A stretch of 64,000 bases of DNA from Calditrichia bacterium (lineage in GTDB: Bacteria > Calditrichota > Calditrichia > RBG-13-44-9 > J075), in NCBI GenBank assembly GCA_050633245.1, contig JBOEGD010000018.1, positions 128,001 to 192,000 on the forward strand, read 5' to 3'. The notes under the pieces were generated by a model. It had not been told where the DNA came from. It worked only from the letters and a program-made list of their open reading frames with translations, and did not search any database. The position numbers and the translations under genes were made by a program. Positions 1 to 9,275 of this stretch are shown piece after piece (the first letter of the stretch is position 1; each line of letters starts with the position of its first letter).

Positions 1-814
1 TTATAAGTGGCAGTTCAAGGATAAGTTGGGGGTAAATATGGGCGCACGAACTGAACTGCACGGAGAGTCTGTAGTGTTTGATCCAAGAGCCAGTGCATTT
101 TATCGCAAAACCAACTGGATATACAAGCTTTCGGTTGGAAGGTATTCACAGCTGCCACAGTCGCGCTACTATGCTGCAATCAGTGATGTCAATTTGTTAA
201 AACCTGAACGCTCAACTCATCTTATGTTAGACGCGGAGTATGAAGATCCTACCCGAAAACTCTATGCCGGTATGTACTATAAACGATATAGTGATTTGGT
301 TCTAAATCAGGGCGATTCATTTTCTTCAACCGGTGATGGTGAGGCGATTGGCGCAGACCTTCGAATTAACATTAAAACTCGTTTGCTGAGCAAAAGGATT
401 CAATATTCGTTCACCACCTCTCTATTGAGTATCAAGAAACGTTTTCGCCAGTATCAAACGCGTGTTGCTGCGCCCACAGATGTGCCAATGTCGAACTATT
501 TCTTCTTCAAATATTACTTCACCGGAAATACTCATCTCGGATTTATTCACTATCAAAGTGTAGGTCGTCCCTATAGTACTTCGGATGAGCAGCTTCAAAA
601 CCGCCGACTACCGTGGAGCCATTCTACGAGCATCTATGGCCTAATAAAAAATAATGTGTCGGATTGGGATTTGTATACCTACATCAGTTTGTCCAACATC
701 TTTGGCGTAAAAAATATTTATGGTTATTCCTTTAGTGAAGATTACACATCACGTATCCCGCAGTACACGGGAGGAATTCGATCATTAACAATTGCAGTGT
801 CGCTATCTAAATAG
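1..814 (+). CDS. TonB-dependent receptor, C-terminal beta-barrel part (5' end outside window)
   Basis: Frame is open from position 2 (YKWQFKDKLGVN...). Amphipathic beta strands; LKPERSTH, GRPY and SNIFGVKNIYGY motifs typical of TBDR C-termini. Confidence 0.75.
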   Translation, partial: YKWQFKDKLGVNMGARTELHGESVVFDPRASAFYRKTNWIYKLSVGRYSQLPQSRYYAAISDVNLLKPERSTHLMLDAEYEDPTRKLYAGMYYKRYSDLVLNQGDSFSSTGDGEAIGADLRINIKTRLLSKRIQYSFTTSLLSIKKRFRQYQTRVAAPTDVPMSNYFFFKYYFTGNTHLGFIHYQSVGRPYSTSDEQLQNRRLPWSHSTSIYGLIKNNVSDWDLYTYISLSNIFGVKNIYGYSFSEDYTSRIPQYTGGIRSLTIAVSLSK

Positions 815-841
815 CGATAGAGATAATTTGGAGGAAATAAA

Positions 842-1567
842 ATGCGACGGACAATTATTATTCTGATTCTTTTTACGTGTTTCGGAACGGGTATTGGCAA
901 TGAACAAAAGGCAATTACTGTCTGTGTCTGGCAAAGTACGCTTTGGGATGAAGCAGATACGATGCTTCGGACACGCAGTGAAATCTTATTAAAAATGCGT
1001 AGTGATAGCGGAAACAGTTCTCTAACTGTTGAACTGGCAATGCTCGACTATAAACTTGCCAGCCTTTATCTACCATCCGACCCTAAAAAAGCACTGCATT
1101 TTTTGAACGATGGACTTGAACAGTTGATTACGCTTGAAAGTCCGTCGTCAGACTCTGAGAAACTTTTGAAGCTTGGCCTTCTCTATGGATTATGGGCCAA
1201 TAAAATACCTCTCGATCAGGCCAACTTTGCCATCATTCTCTCTGAGATGAGCACGATTGCATATGAGAGCAAAAAGATCAGCAAGAAAGATCCTTTCATG
1301 TCCCTTCAGAAAGGGAAATCGTATTTCTGGTGGAGACCACAAGATGGCGTTCTTGCACTTACCAAGGCGTTGAATAATCTGACACTTTTGGAAGAGAATG
1401 CAACATTGAGACAATTTGTTGAAGAAGAAAGCCTTGTCTGGTTAATTCGATGTTACAACAAGCTGGGTGATTCCATAAAAGCAGAAGAAGCTTATCAACG
1501 ACTACTAACCCTGAACAGCCGGTATTCCGAAAAGAAGGAGGGAGTATTTGAAATCGCCAGTCGTTGA
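842..1567 (+). CDS. Exported alpha-helical (TPR-like) hypothetical protein
   Basis: GGAGG RBS; signal peptide MRRTIIILILFTCFG; TPR-like C-terminus (WLIRCYNKLGDSIKAEEAYQRLLTLN). Confidence 0.6.
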   Translation: MRRTIIILILFTCFGTGIGNEQKAITVCVWQSTLWDEADTMLRTRSEILLKMRSDSGNSSLTVELAMLDYKLASLYLPSDPKKALHFLNDGLEQLITLESPSSDSEKLLKLGLLYGLWANKIPLDQANFAIILSEMSTIAYESKKISKKDPFMSLQKGKSYFWWRPQDGVLALTKALNNLTLLEENATLRQFVEEESLVWLIRCYNKLGDSIKAEEAYQRLLTLNSRYSEKKEGVFEIASR

Positions 1568-2672
1568 AGCCTGCGAACCACCTGAACAGATACGTTTACC
1601 TCGTGGTAAATATAAGCTGTCCCGTTTTACTTTATTTCGTCCTGAAGCAGATGGCTTTATCATAGAGAGCCCTTTTTCTGCCGAACAGGTTCGATTAAGT
1701 GGCTCAACGATCTTCCAGATACTACAAGTCTTTCTGGATGGAGTTGAAATAGAAACAATGTTAAGCGGGGTTGGAGAAAAAGCGAGACCGCTGGTTGAGC
1801 GAATAATCGAGAAGTGTCTCTCCTGTGGCTTTCTCATTCCTGTTTCAGATGATGGCATTTCAGAAGATGAAACAGGCGACCTGAAAACCTGGGAATTCCA
1901 CGACCTGTATTTTCATTCTCGGAGCCGAATCGGCCGTCATCAAAACGCCGTCGGTGGAACCTTCCGATACGCAGAGGAAATGAATATGCCCGGGCTTCTT
2001 CGTCAGCCGCCGGTAGGAAAACCCATCGAACTCTTTCAACCAGATATGGCTGCTCTGCAGCAGAGTGATGTATCGCTAACTCAGGCCTTGGAAAGACGAA
2101 GGACAATTAGAAATGCAAACGCCGGTTCAGTAAGCTCTGAAGAGCTCGGAGAGTTCTTATACCGTACAAGTCGAATTACATCTGTCGAGAACTATAATAA
2201 TGGATTCTCCTCCGGACTACGAGTTTATCCGGGCGGTGGTGGAATGTACCCGTTGGAAGTATATCCACTTATTTCCTCATGTAATGGCTTGAAGAATGGA
2301 CTGTATTATTATCATCCGCTAAATCATAACTTAACAACCATACCTGCCTCCGAAAACTGCTTGGAAAATCTGTTGCGCGATGCCAGGTCTGCTGGTGGCC
2401 TGGAGTATAACCCAGCCGTGCTCTTCTTAATAACGGCGCGCTTTTCCCGAACGGCTTGGAAGTATCAATCGATTGCCTATTCACTGATATTAAAAGAAGT
2501 GGGATGTTTGTTCCAAACCTTCTACCTGGTTGCTACTGCGATGAACCTGGCACCTTGCGCACTTGGAAGCGGAAATTCAGATTCTACCAGCGAGGCTATT
2601 AATCGTAGCTATTATTTGGAGACAAGTGTGGGAGAGTTTATGCTCGGGCCGGGGGCGTGCAATGCAGACTAA
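1548..2672 (+). CDS. SagB/ThcOx-family FMN azoline dehydrogenase 1 with N-terminal extension
   Basis: WEFHDLYFHSRSR, RRTIR, YPGGGGMYPLEVY, GLYYYHP, catalytic KY (AWKYQ), EVGCLFQTFYL; AGGAGG RBS; overlaps the upstream stop. Confidence 0.88.
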   Translation: MKSPVVEACEPPEQIRLPRGKYKLSRFTLFRPEADGFIIESPFSAEQVRLSGSTIFQILQVFLDGVEIETMLSGVGEKARPLVERIIEKCLSCGFLIPVSDDGISEDETGDLKTWEFHDLYFHSRSRIGRHQNAVGGTFRYAEEMNMPGLLRQPPVGKPIELFQPDMAALQQSDVSLTQALERRRTIRNANAGSVSSEELGEFLYRTSRITSVENYNNGFSSGLRVYPGGGGMYPLEVYPLISSCNGLKNGLYYYHPLNHNLTTIPASENCLENLLRDARSAGGLEYNPAVLFLITARFSRTAWKYQSIAYSLILKEVGCLFQTFYLVATAMNLAPCALGSGNSDSTSEAINRSYYLETSVGEFMLGPGACNAD

Positions 2673-3612
2673 AACCAGTTTGACCGAATCAGCTGATTTC
2701 TCTCTAAAGGCACTCTTATCGACATCAGGGAAATGCCATTCGTGGCTTAACAAATCGAGTTTACAGCAGAGCCCCTGGGAAAGATTTCAACAACAGCAGG
2801 TAGATTTTTATGATCCTGCAGAATTATATCATGAAAATTCAAAGCTACGCCGCTGTTTTTCGACAAAGGACGGACAAGGTATACGCTTTTTCCTTGCCGA
2901 CCCTCAGATGATTGATGGAACCAGCCAAATTAATAAAACGTATCCCGGCTCAAATAAAATTACTCTTCCCGGAGTGCGTCTAAAGCGAAAGTCTTCAATT
3001 GATGAAACCATTCGCTCTCGCCGTAGTTGTCGGAGCTTTAATGGCGAAGCTGCTTCGCTAAAGGAATTGAGTAACATATTACATTTATCGAATGGTGTCA
3101 CCGGCCAATCAAAATCTACAATTGAAGGACAGAAAGAGATTGTCCAGCACTATCGGGCGGCACCAAGCGCCGGTAGCCTATATTCTACTGAAATGTATGT
3201 TGCTGTCTTTTCTGTCGAGACGCTTACTCCGGGGATTTACCACTATAATGTTTTGGGACATCAACTCGAAGAGTTGGATTTGTCGCAACATTTTACAGCA
3301 GCCTTTCCAGATTGCTTTCCAATTCACCCGGATACTTTCCAGGTCGATAAGTGTGCTTTTTTGCTCATTCTGTCTTCTGTCTTTCAGCGCAGCACAGCTA
3401 AATACGGCAGTCGCGGTTATCGCCTGGCACTGCAAGAGTCGGGACATATTATGCAGAATGCCTTGCTTATTGCCACTGCCCAGAACATAGGAACCTTACC
3501 CGTAGCCGGTTACTATGATGACGAATTGAATTCCTGGCTAAAGCTCGATGGCGTTACGGAGTCGGTTGTTTACGTGGCCGGTTTTGGGAGTGCGGAGTCT
3601 TTTTGTGGCTAG
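2662..3612 (+). CDS. SagB/ThcOx-family FMN azoline dehydrogenase 2
   Basis: RRSCR, APSAGSLY, GIYHYN, KYGSRGYR, ESGHIMQN, GYYDD. Start placed at ATG 2662, which overlaps the upstream gene. Confidence 0.88.
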   Translation: MQTKTSLTESADFSLKALLSTSGKCHSWLNKSSLQQSPWERFQQQQVDFYDPAELYHENSKLRRCFSTKDGQGIRFFLADPQMIDGTSQINKTYPGSNKITLPGVRLKRKSSIDETIRSRRSCRSFNGEAASLKELSNILHLSNGVTGQSKSTIEGQKEIVQHYRAAPSAGSLYSTEMYVAVFSVETLTPGIYHYNVLGHQLEELDLSQHFTAAFPDCFPIHPDTFQVDKCAFLLILSSVFQRSTAKYGSRGYRLALQESGHIMQNALLIATAQNIGTLPVAGYYDDELNSWLKLDGVTESVVYVAGFGSAESFCG

Positions 3613-3653
3613 AAGCTGTTTCCCTTAGTATTTCAACTAATGACGGAGAATCA

Positions 3654-4868
3654 ATGATTTCGCTTAGTGATCTCGACTTAGAAGAGCGGTCATCTATTTA
3701 CCGCTTAAAAATTCCTTATCGTACTGCTCATATTAATGCGAATCAGGTGGTTATTTGGGCAGGTCTGTGGAGTGGCCCGGGTTTTGTACTGCGAGATAAA
3801 AAAGAACAAAATCTGATATCTGATTTGTTATCCACATTGGATGGTCTAAGAACGATTGAAGAGGTTGTGTTGGCTCAGAACAAGGAGGTTCAGTCTAAGG
3901 CATTACAATTTCTTATTCTTCTTATCCAGCGCTCAATTTTGGAAAAGATACCGACCAAACCGGCAAATATGGACATATCTCATGCGGAGTTCGAGCAATT
4001 CGGAAATTCATTTCGTTCCTTGTCTGTCCTAACCAGTCAGTCTACAGAGTCCGTCTCTGGTCGATTGAGAAATAGCAATGTACTTTTCATTGGCGCAGAC
4101 TCTCTTGCAATGCGTGCAGCATTACAGTTGGGAAATAGCGGTATTGCGAGTCTTTCGATTCTTGACTACCATGAGATAAACAAATCCGATCTATCAAGCT
4201 CCATTCTTTTCGAAAAGAGTATGATGGGAAAAAACCGCGCAGATGTATTAGCCCAAGTGCTTAATGAACATCATCTGGGAACTAAAGCAGTGTCTTCAAG
4301 TCGCACAGAATGGTTTTCTCATAAGGATATTGAACAGGCAATGAAGAATTGCACACTCGCCATTGTAGCATCTAACAGCCCGGATTTGCTTCTCTTACAG
4401 AGAGTAAATGATGTGGCTTTAAAGCTAAAAAAGCCCTGGCTTGCTGCTTCTTTAGATGGTTTGGAAGGAGTTGTTGGCCCAGCATTTTTTCCTTACGAAT
4501 CCTGCTGTTTTACATGTTATCAGATGCGATTGGAAAGTAACATGAATAATTTTGCGGACTACGTTCAGTATCGATCCGCCTCCGAGCGACAGCCTCTGGC
4601 AAGCCGCAATACAAATACGCTCTCACTAGCCGGGACAATCGACATTCTCGCAGGGCATGTCTCTTTGGAAGTCCTTCGCTGGTTATCTATTGGCACGAGC
4701 CGTCTGGCGGGAAGAATACTTCGCCAGGATTTTCGATCCGGGGAAATTGAAACGAACGATGTTTTGAAGCTACCTCGCTGCCCCTCCTGTAGCTTAGTTG
4801 CTGAGGAGCGTCCAAATGAACAAATTTATCATACCTATGAACATCTTATTAAGGGGCTGAATATATAG
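3654..4868 (+). CDS. TOMM cyclodehydratase C subunit (RRE plus ThiF/E1-like leader-binding protein)
   Basis: N-terminal LDGLRTIEEV winged-helix-like segment; ThiF-like core; VGP...CCFTCY and PRCPSC zinc motifs; GGAG RBS before ATG 3654. Confidence 0.85.
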   Translation: MISLSDLDLEERSSIYRLKIPYRTAHINANQVVIWAGLWSGPGFVLRDKKEQNLISDLLSTLDGLRTIEEVVLAQNKEVQSKALQFLILLIQRSILEKIPTKPANMDISHAEFEQFGNSFRSLSVLTSQSTESVSGRLRNSNVLFIGADSLAMRAALQLGNSGIASLSILDYHEINKSDLSSSILFEKSMMGKNRADVLAQVLNEHHLGTKAVSSSRTEWFSHKDIEQAMKNCTLAIVASNSPDLLLLQRVNDVALKLKKPWLAASLDGLEGVVGPAFFPYESCCFTCYQMRLESNMNNFADYVQYRSASERQPLASRNTNTLSLAGTIDILAGHVSLEVLRWLSIGTSRLAGRILRQDFRSGEIETNDVLKLPRCPSCSLVAEERPNEQIYHTYEHLIKGLNI

Positions 4869-6218
4869 ATGGAAACCGATTTATTGATTAATGAGTTCTT
4901 TCCACTCAAAAATTTATTACCTCCAGAGAATTTACGTCCTTTCATTGGCAGTCGAGCCGGACTGGTTAAACAGATTATACAAAATGGAATTGAACCCGAT
5001 GAGGCGCATCTTTTTCATTTGTCAGTAGTTACATCAAACGCGTCGATTCTTCTACAGCAGCCATCACTCGATATTCGTGCCGCCGGAAGCGGCTCGACCT
5101 ATCGTGAAGCTTTTGGTTGTGCAGTAGGGGAAGTCGTTGAACGATCGGCTCTCGCCTCATATGATAAGAAAGCGATAGTCAGAGGCTCTTATCGCGAGCT
5201 TAGCCAAAGAGGGGTTGAGGTTCTGAGTCCAGAGCAACTGGATTTGTTTTCCAAAGAGCAATATACCAATTCAGATTTCTTGTTCGAGCCATTTACCGAT
5301 ACAGCTGAGCTCGGCTGGACAGAAGGAGTTAACTTGCTTACCGGCAAACCTGTATTGGTTCCCGCCCAAGCCGTTTTGATGAGCTATAAACCGTTCCCCG
5401 GAGAGGCATTCATTACATACTCCACAACATCTGGCTGTGCTTGTGCAACCAGTATGGAATCTGCGATTATTAAGTGTGTTTATGAGCAGGTTGAAAGAGA
5501 CGCCGTTATGTTAACCTGGCTGACGAAAACTAGTCCACCAGGTGTAGATGCTGAGAAAATTGTAAGCGCGGCTCTTTTGAAGAAGCTGAATATGCAGAAC
5601 AATTCAGCCACTGATGTGTATGATCTGCGCTATTTGTCCTATGGAATTGATATCCCGGTATTTCTTGGAATCTTACAAAGGAAGATTGCAGGGAAAAAAC
5701 GATTGCTGATTGGAGCAGCGGCAAATCTCTGTGCTCAGGCTGCTTCCGAAAAAGCATTACTTGAAACGGCCCAATCAATCCCTTTTTTAAAGCTGATTTT
5801 AGCGAGTAATCCCAACCCGGATTTTGCCGGTATTTCGTTCAACGATTTCGAAAAGAATTTACGTTATTATGCAGACGAGAGAAATCAACATCATTTAACG
5901 TTTCTTCAAGAAAATAACGACGTCTTTGCAACGGAGAAACTGCCTGACCACAAAAGCAGAACGACAGAGGAAAACCTGACGTTTATTCTGAAAACTTTGA
6001 AAAGGAATAATCTTACTCCAATCGCCATCGATCACGGTAATGCTGAATATAGAGATCTTGGCTTTCATGTACTTCGCGTCTTTATCCCCGAATTACTACA
6101 GCTTTATACACCAAACGCTCCATTCCTTGGAAATCGAAGAATGCACAGCGTTCTTGGAAAGCTTGGCAAACAAGAAACAGTAAATGATCTCAACCTTCTC
6201 CCACACCCAATGCCCTGA
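4869..6218 (+). CDS. YcaO cyclodehydratase (azoline-forming, D protein)
   Basis: ATP-binding motifs GEVVER, STTSGCA and YEQVERDA; C-terminal PHPMP (PxP tail of azoline-forming YcaOs). Confidence 0.93.
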   Translation: METDLLINEFFPLKNLLPPENLRPFIGSRAGLVKQIIQNGIEPDEAHLFHLSVVTSNASILLQQPSLDIRAAGSGSTYREAFGCAVGEVVERSALASYDKKAIVRGSYRELSQRGVEVLSPEQLDLFSKEQYTNSDFLFEPFTDTAELGWTEGVNLLTGKPVLVPAQAVLMSYKPFPGEAFITYSTTSGCACATSMESAIIKCVYEQVERDAVMLTWLTKTSPPGVDAEKIVSAALLKKLNMQNNSATDVYDLRYLSYGIDIPVFLGILQRKIAGKKRLLIGAAANLCAQAASEKALLETAQSIPFLKLILASNPNPDFAGISFNDFEKNLRYYADERNQHHLTFLQENNDVFATEKLPDHKSRTTEENLTFILKTLKRNNLTPIAIDHGNAEYRDLGFHVLRVFIPELLQLYTPNAPFLGNRRMHSVLGKLGKQETVNDLNLLPHPMP

Positions 6219-6397
6219 GACTGAATATTCTTTTGAGGATGGGCTTCTATCCTGCTACTTAAATTCCCCGATACGAGTAAAATGTACTTTTTCTGTGCAA
6301 AATCGTATCAGAAAAAGTTTTTTTAATATAATTTCTTGACATTTTTAAGTTTCTGTTATAAAGTATAAAACAATATCGTTCAAAACGCTCTTTTTTG

Positions 6398-6426
6398 TTG
6401 ACATGAATATTTATTCTTTATATGTT
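6398..6426 (+). promoter_or_regulatory. Putative sigma70 promoter
   Basis: TTGACA-N17-TATGTT in the AT-rich intergenic region upstream of the kinase/regulator genes. Confidence 0.55.
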
Positions 6427-6792
6427 GAATATATGAGCTTTTGATCCTCCTCCCAGCCTTCTCGAATTGCTGCGTGTCATTTGAGAAGTGAGGATCCTGG
6501 CTATTGTCTTGTAACTTTCTAAAATTATTTTTGTATTTATCCAATTAGATGTATGATCATCTAATGCTAGATTGGAAGAAAATGCGCTGCTTGTCTCGTC
6601 TCTTCATTTATGAGAAGCCGGATTATCCCGCTTTCCCTATTGGAAAAGGTAAAAATCTAATGACTGAGTCATCCGGACTCAAAAAAAAGACCCGTTTATC
6701 GGTTCAAGGCTTTTGGCGTCATCTTCTAAGCTCTACTCCATCTCTCTCTATTTTAGCCGCTTATCTCTCCGACTGTGTTGGTGTAGTGTTAA

Positions 6793-7587
6793 ATGATTTT
6801 TCCTTTCTTGAATTTGCTGAACTCTGTTAAAAGCCGTGTTTCCGATATGAAGCTGCTTCAAAAACGTGTTTTAAAACAGGACGATAAAATGAAAGTTGTT
6901 AGTGACCCAATTAAGACGGATTTACTCCTTGAAGATGTCGAGAACATTAGAGGAGAAGAACGAAAAAGACTTGCAGTAGAAATTCATGATGTATTTGGGC
7001 AGTTATTAGGAAGTGCACATGTAAATGCTCTGCTTCTGAAGCAGCATGTTGAACGCCAGGATTATAACGCAGTTCTTCGAAAGGTCGACCAGGTAATTTC
7101 TCTTGTTGAAAAGTCTCTGCATAGAGTGAAAGATACGGCAGTTCTACTACATACTGAGTCGGTTAAGGGAGATAATATTTTAGAGATTTTCGAACGACAC
7201 TGTCTGGAATTTACTGAAGAGAGTGGTGTTAACTGTAAAGTGGAGTGTCGGTTAGATCAGAAAGAGATGGGAACAGACTTGGGGACGACTCTTTTTTGCA
7301 TCTTACTGGAAGGGTTGCGAAACGTCTCAAAACATGCAAACGCCTCTGCTGTAAACGTTACGCTGAGTGGAAACATTGGAGAGTCTATCATCCTCGAAAT
7401 TAGAGATAATGGAGATGGTATCTCCTCACAACAAACTAAAAATCCGTTTTCACTGGGAATTTGGGGAATGAAATACCGTGCTAATCGTTTAGGTGGAAGC
7501 TTTAGTATTTCTTCCGGACAACCAATGGGGACTAATTTACGTGTCGCCTTACCATGGACAATCAAAAGAGTTAATGGGTTCGAATGA
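6793..7587 (+). CDS. HisKA_3 (NarX/UhpB-type) histidine kinase without a sensor domain
   Basis: EERKRLAVEIHDVFGQ H-box, EGLRNVSKHA N-box, DNGDG, SLGIWGM. In-frame TAA immediately upstream; true start may be 6847 or 6889. Confidence 0.85.
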   Translation: MIFPFLNLLNSVKSRVSDMKLLQKRVLKQDDKMKVVSDPIKTDLLLEDVENIRGEERKRLAVEIHDVFGQLLGSAHVNALLLKQHVERQDYNAVLRKVDQVISLVEKSLHRVKDTAVLLHTESVKGDNILEIFERHCLEFTEESGVNCKVECRLDQKEMGTDLGTTLFCILLEGLRNVSKHANASAVNVTLSGNIGESIILEIRDNGDGISSQQTKNPFSLGIWGMKYRANRLGGSFSISSGQPMGTNLRVALPWTIKRVNGFE

Positions 7588-8216
7588 TAAACATTTTATT
7601 AGTAGATGATCATCCTGCCTTCAGGTATGGTGTAAAAGAAATTTTACAAGGTTTCTCGCAGAAAGTAGAAGTTGATGAAGCTGGGAACGCAAAGGCTGCA
7701 TTAAACTGTGCCTTGAAAAAGGAATATCAAATTGCGTTCCTGGATATCAGCATGCCGGGACGTAGCGGGTTGGACATACTGCAAGATCTTAAGCAATCGA
7801 CTCCTCAAATAAAAGTTATCGTTCACAGCATGCATGCCGAGGAACAGTATGCTCTAAGAGCTCTTAAAGAAGGGGCTTCCGGATATTTGCCAAAATCATC
7901 CAGGTTAGAGCTTTACCATGAAGTGTTGCAAAATGTGCTTGATGGTAAAACATATTTTAGCGCGGCCGTTGTGAATGAATTGTTAACCATGTTAAATCAA
8001 CCTGATTCCGTTGCTGCCCATCAACTGTTGACAACCCGCCAATACACGATAATGATGTTGATTGTACAAGGTAAAAAATTAATTGAAATCGCGGAAGAAC
8101 TGTCCATTAGCTTAAGTGCGGTGAGCAATGCGCGCTCGAAAATTCTGAAAACGATGAATCTATCGGGCAATTCTGAGTTAATTCGCTACGCTGTTAAAAA
8201 CAATCTTATTGAATAA
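7584..8216 (+). CDS. NarL/UvrY-family response regulator (REC plus LuxR HTH)
   Basis: LLVDDHP, LDISMPG, GYLPK; C-terminal LuxR HTH; ATGA overlap with the kinase. Confidence 0.93.
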   Translation: MINILLVDDHPAFRYGVKEILQGFSQKVEVDEAGNAKAALNCALKKEYQIAFLDISMPGRSGLDILQDLKQSTPQIKVIVHSMHAEEQYALRALKEGASGYLPKSSRLELYHEVLQNVLDGKTYFSAAVVNELLTMLNQPDSVAAHQLLTTRQYTIMMLIVQGKKLIEIAEELSISLSAVSNARSKILKTMNLSGNSELIRYAVKNNLIE

Positions 8217-8539
8217 TCTCACACCCTTTTTAACTTCTCGCTTTTTTTGTAGTCCTTCCTTTACTCTTTGGTCGTATTGCTAGCCATTGCACGTCGATTT
8301 AATATAAAAACACCTGTCATTTATTTACATAAATTCGATTGTTTCTTTTCAATTATAGCATATACATCTTTGCTGCCACTGCGGGATCGTGTATACCCAG
8401 AGTGCATTTCTCCAAGCTTTTTTGCAGTGTTCTACCGTTTACATGTCAATTTCCGGCGGCTATATTGGTAGAGTGCCAAAAACGGCAATCTTCAGCGTGG
8501 GACATCCAGCTCACCTCCTTCCATTGGAAAGGCGAATTA

Positions 8540-9265
8540 ATGAAGAAAATCCTTATCGTCACACCAAGTAAGCTCGTAAAAAGTTGTAGCTGTTTTCAAA
8601 ACTCAGCCAGTAATACATCCCGGCTTGAGGTACGTTCAACGGATTGGGAAAATTTACCGGAGCATTTTAGTCCGGATATCTTAATTCTCAAATCGTCAGC
8701 AGTGAGCGTAGATTTGATTACACGGATGTTGGTTTTGCAGCGTATGTACCGAAGTTCGGAGTTGCTGCTATGTGTTGAGGAGATTCCTCAATCATTTGGA
8801 CGCCTGATAAAGGAATTAAAGGTTCAATGCAATGCCTGCTTGCACGACAGCTGTAAGCGACTCGTTCAAACCAGCGTTGATTTAGATTCCCTCCTTTCCA
8901 AACTTCTCCAAAATGTAAAAAGCCCCAAATCGATTACAAGACAGTTGATTGAATTATTGAAAGCCCGTCCCTGGGAAGCCAATCTGAGTAGCTTTGCCGA
9001 AGATTTAAACATCTCTCCGGATCATGCTTCAAGAGTATTTCGTGGAGATACCGGCTATAATTTCAGGGATTTTATCAACGAACTCAAGCTATCAACGGCG
9101 AAAAAAATGCTTGAGGATTATAATGCCGATATCTTTGAGATCGCTCGTAAGGTTGGTTTTAAAGAGGTGAATAGTTTTCATCGCTTTTTTCGAAGTAAGG
9201 CGGGTATTTCTCCAAAACAATACTACAAGTCGATTCATGATAGAAAGATGAAGGACGTTATTTAA
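8540..9265 (+). CDS. AraC-family regulator with a degenerate, Cys-rich receiver-like N-terminus
   Basis: C-terminal AraC double HTH (IARKVGFKEVNSFHRFFRSKAGISPKQY). Start at MKKILIV after AAAGG. Confidence 0.8.
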   Translation: MKKILIVTPSKLVKSCSCFQNSASNTSRLEVRSTDWENLPEHFSPDILILKSSAVSVDLITRMLVLQRMYRSSELLLCVEEIPQSFGRLIKELKVQCNACLHDSCKRLVQTSVDLDSLLSKLLQNVKSPKSITRQLIELLKARPWEANLSSFAEDLNISPDHASRVFRGDTGYNFRDFINELKLSTAKKMLEDYNADIFEIARKVGFKEVNSFHRFFRSKAGISPKQYYKSIHDRKMKDVI

Positions 9266-9275
9266 GGTCGATTAC

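Noticed and set aside
6219-6548. Search for a short precursor ORF right after ycaO
   Set aside because: AT-rich, promoter-like DNA with only very short ORFs.
6549-6830. 93-aa ORF as the RiPP precursor or as a frameshifted kinase sensor domain
   Set aside because: No leader plus Cys/Ser/Thr-rich core, no clear RBS, no TM or PAS features; probably spurious.
8339-8539. Long N-terminal extensions given by the ORF track (also at 2563, 3603, 11726, 23181, 37011, 46525, 62993)
   Set aside because: Downstream starts have better RBSs, signal peptides or family-typical N-termini.
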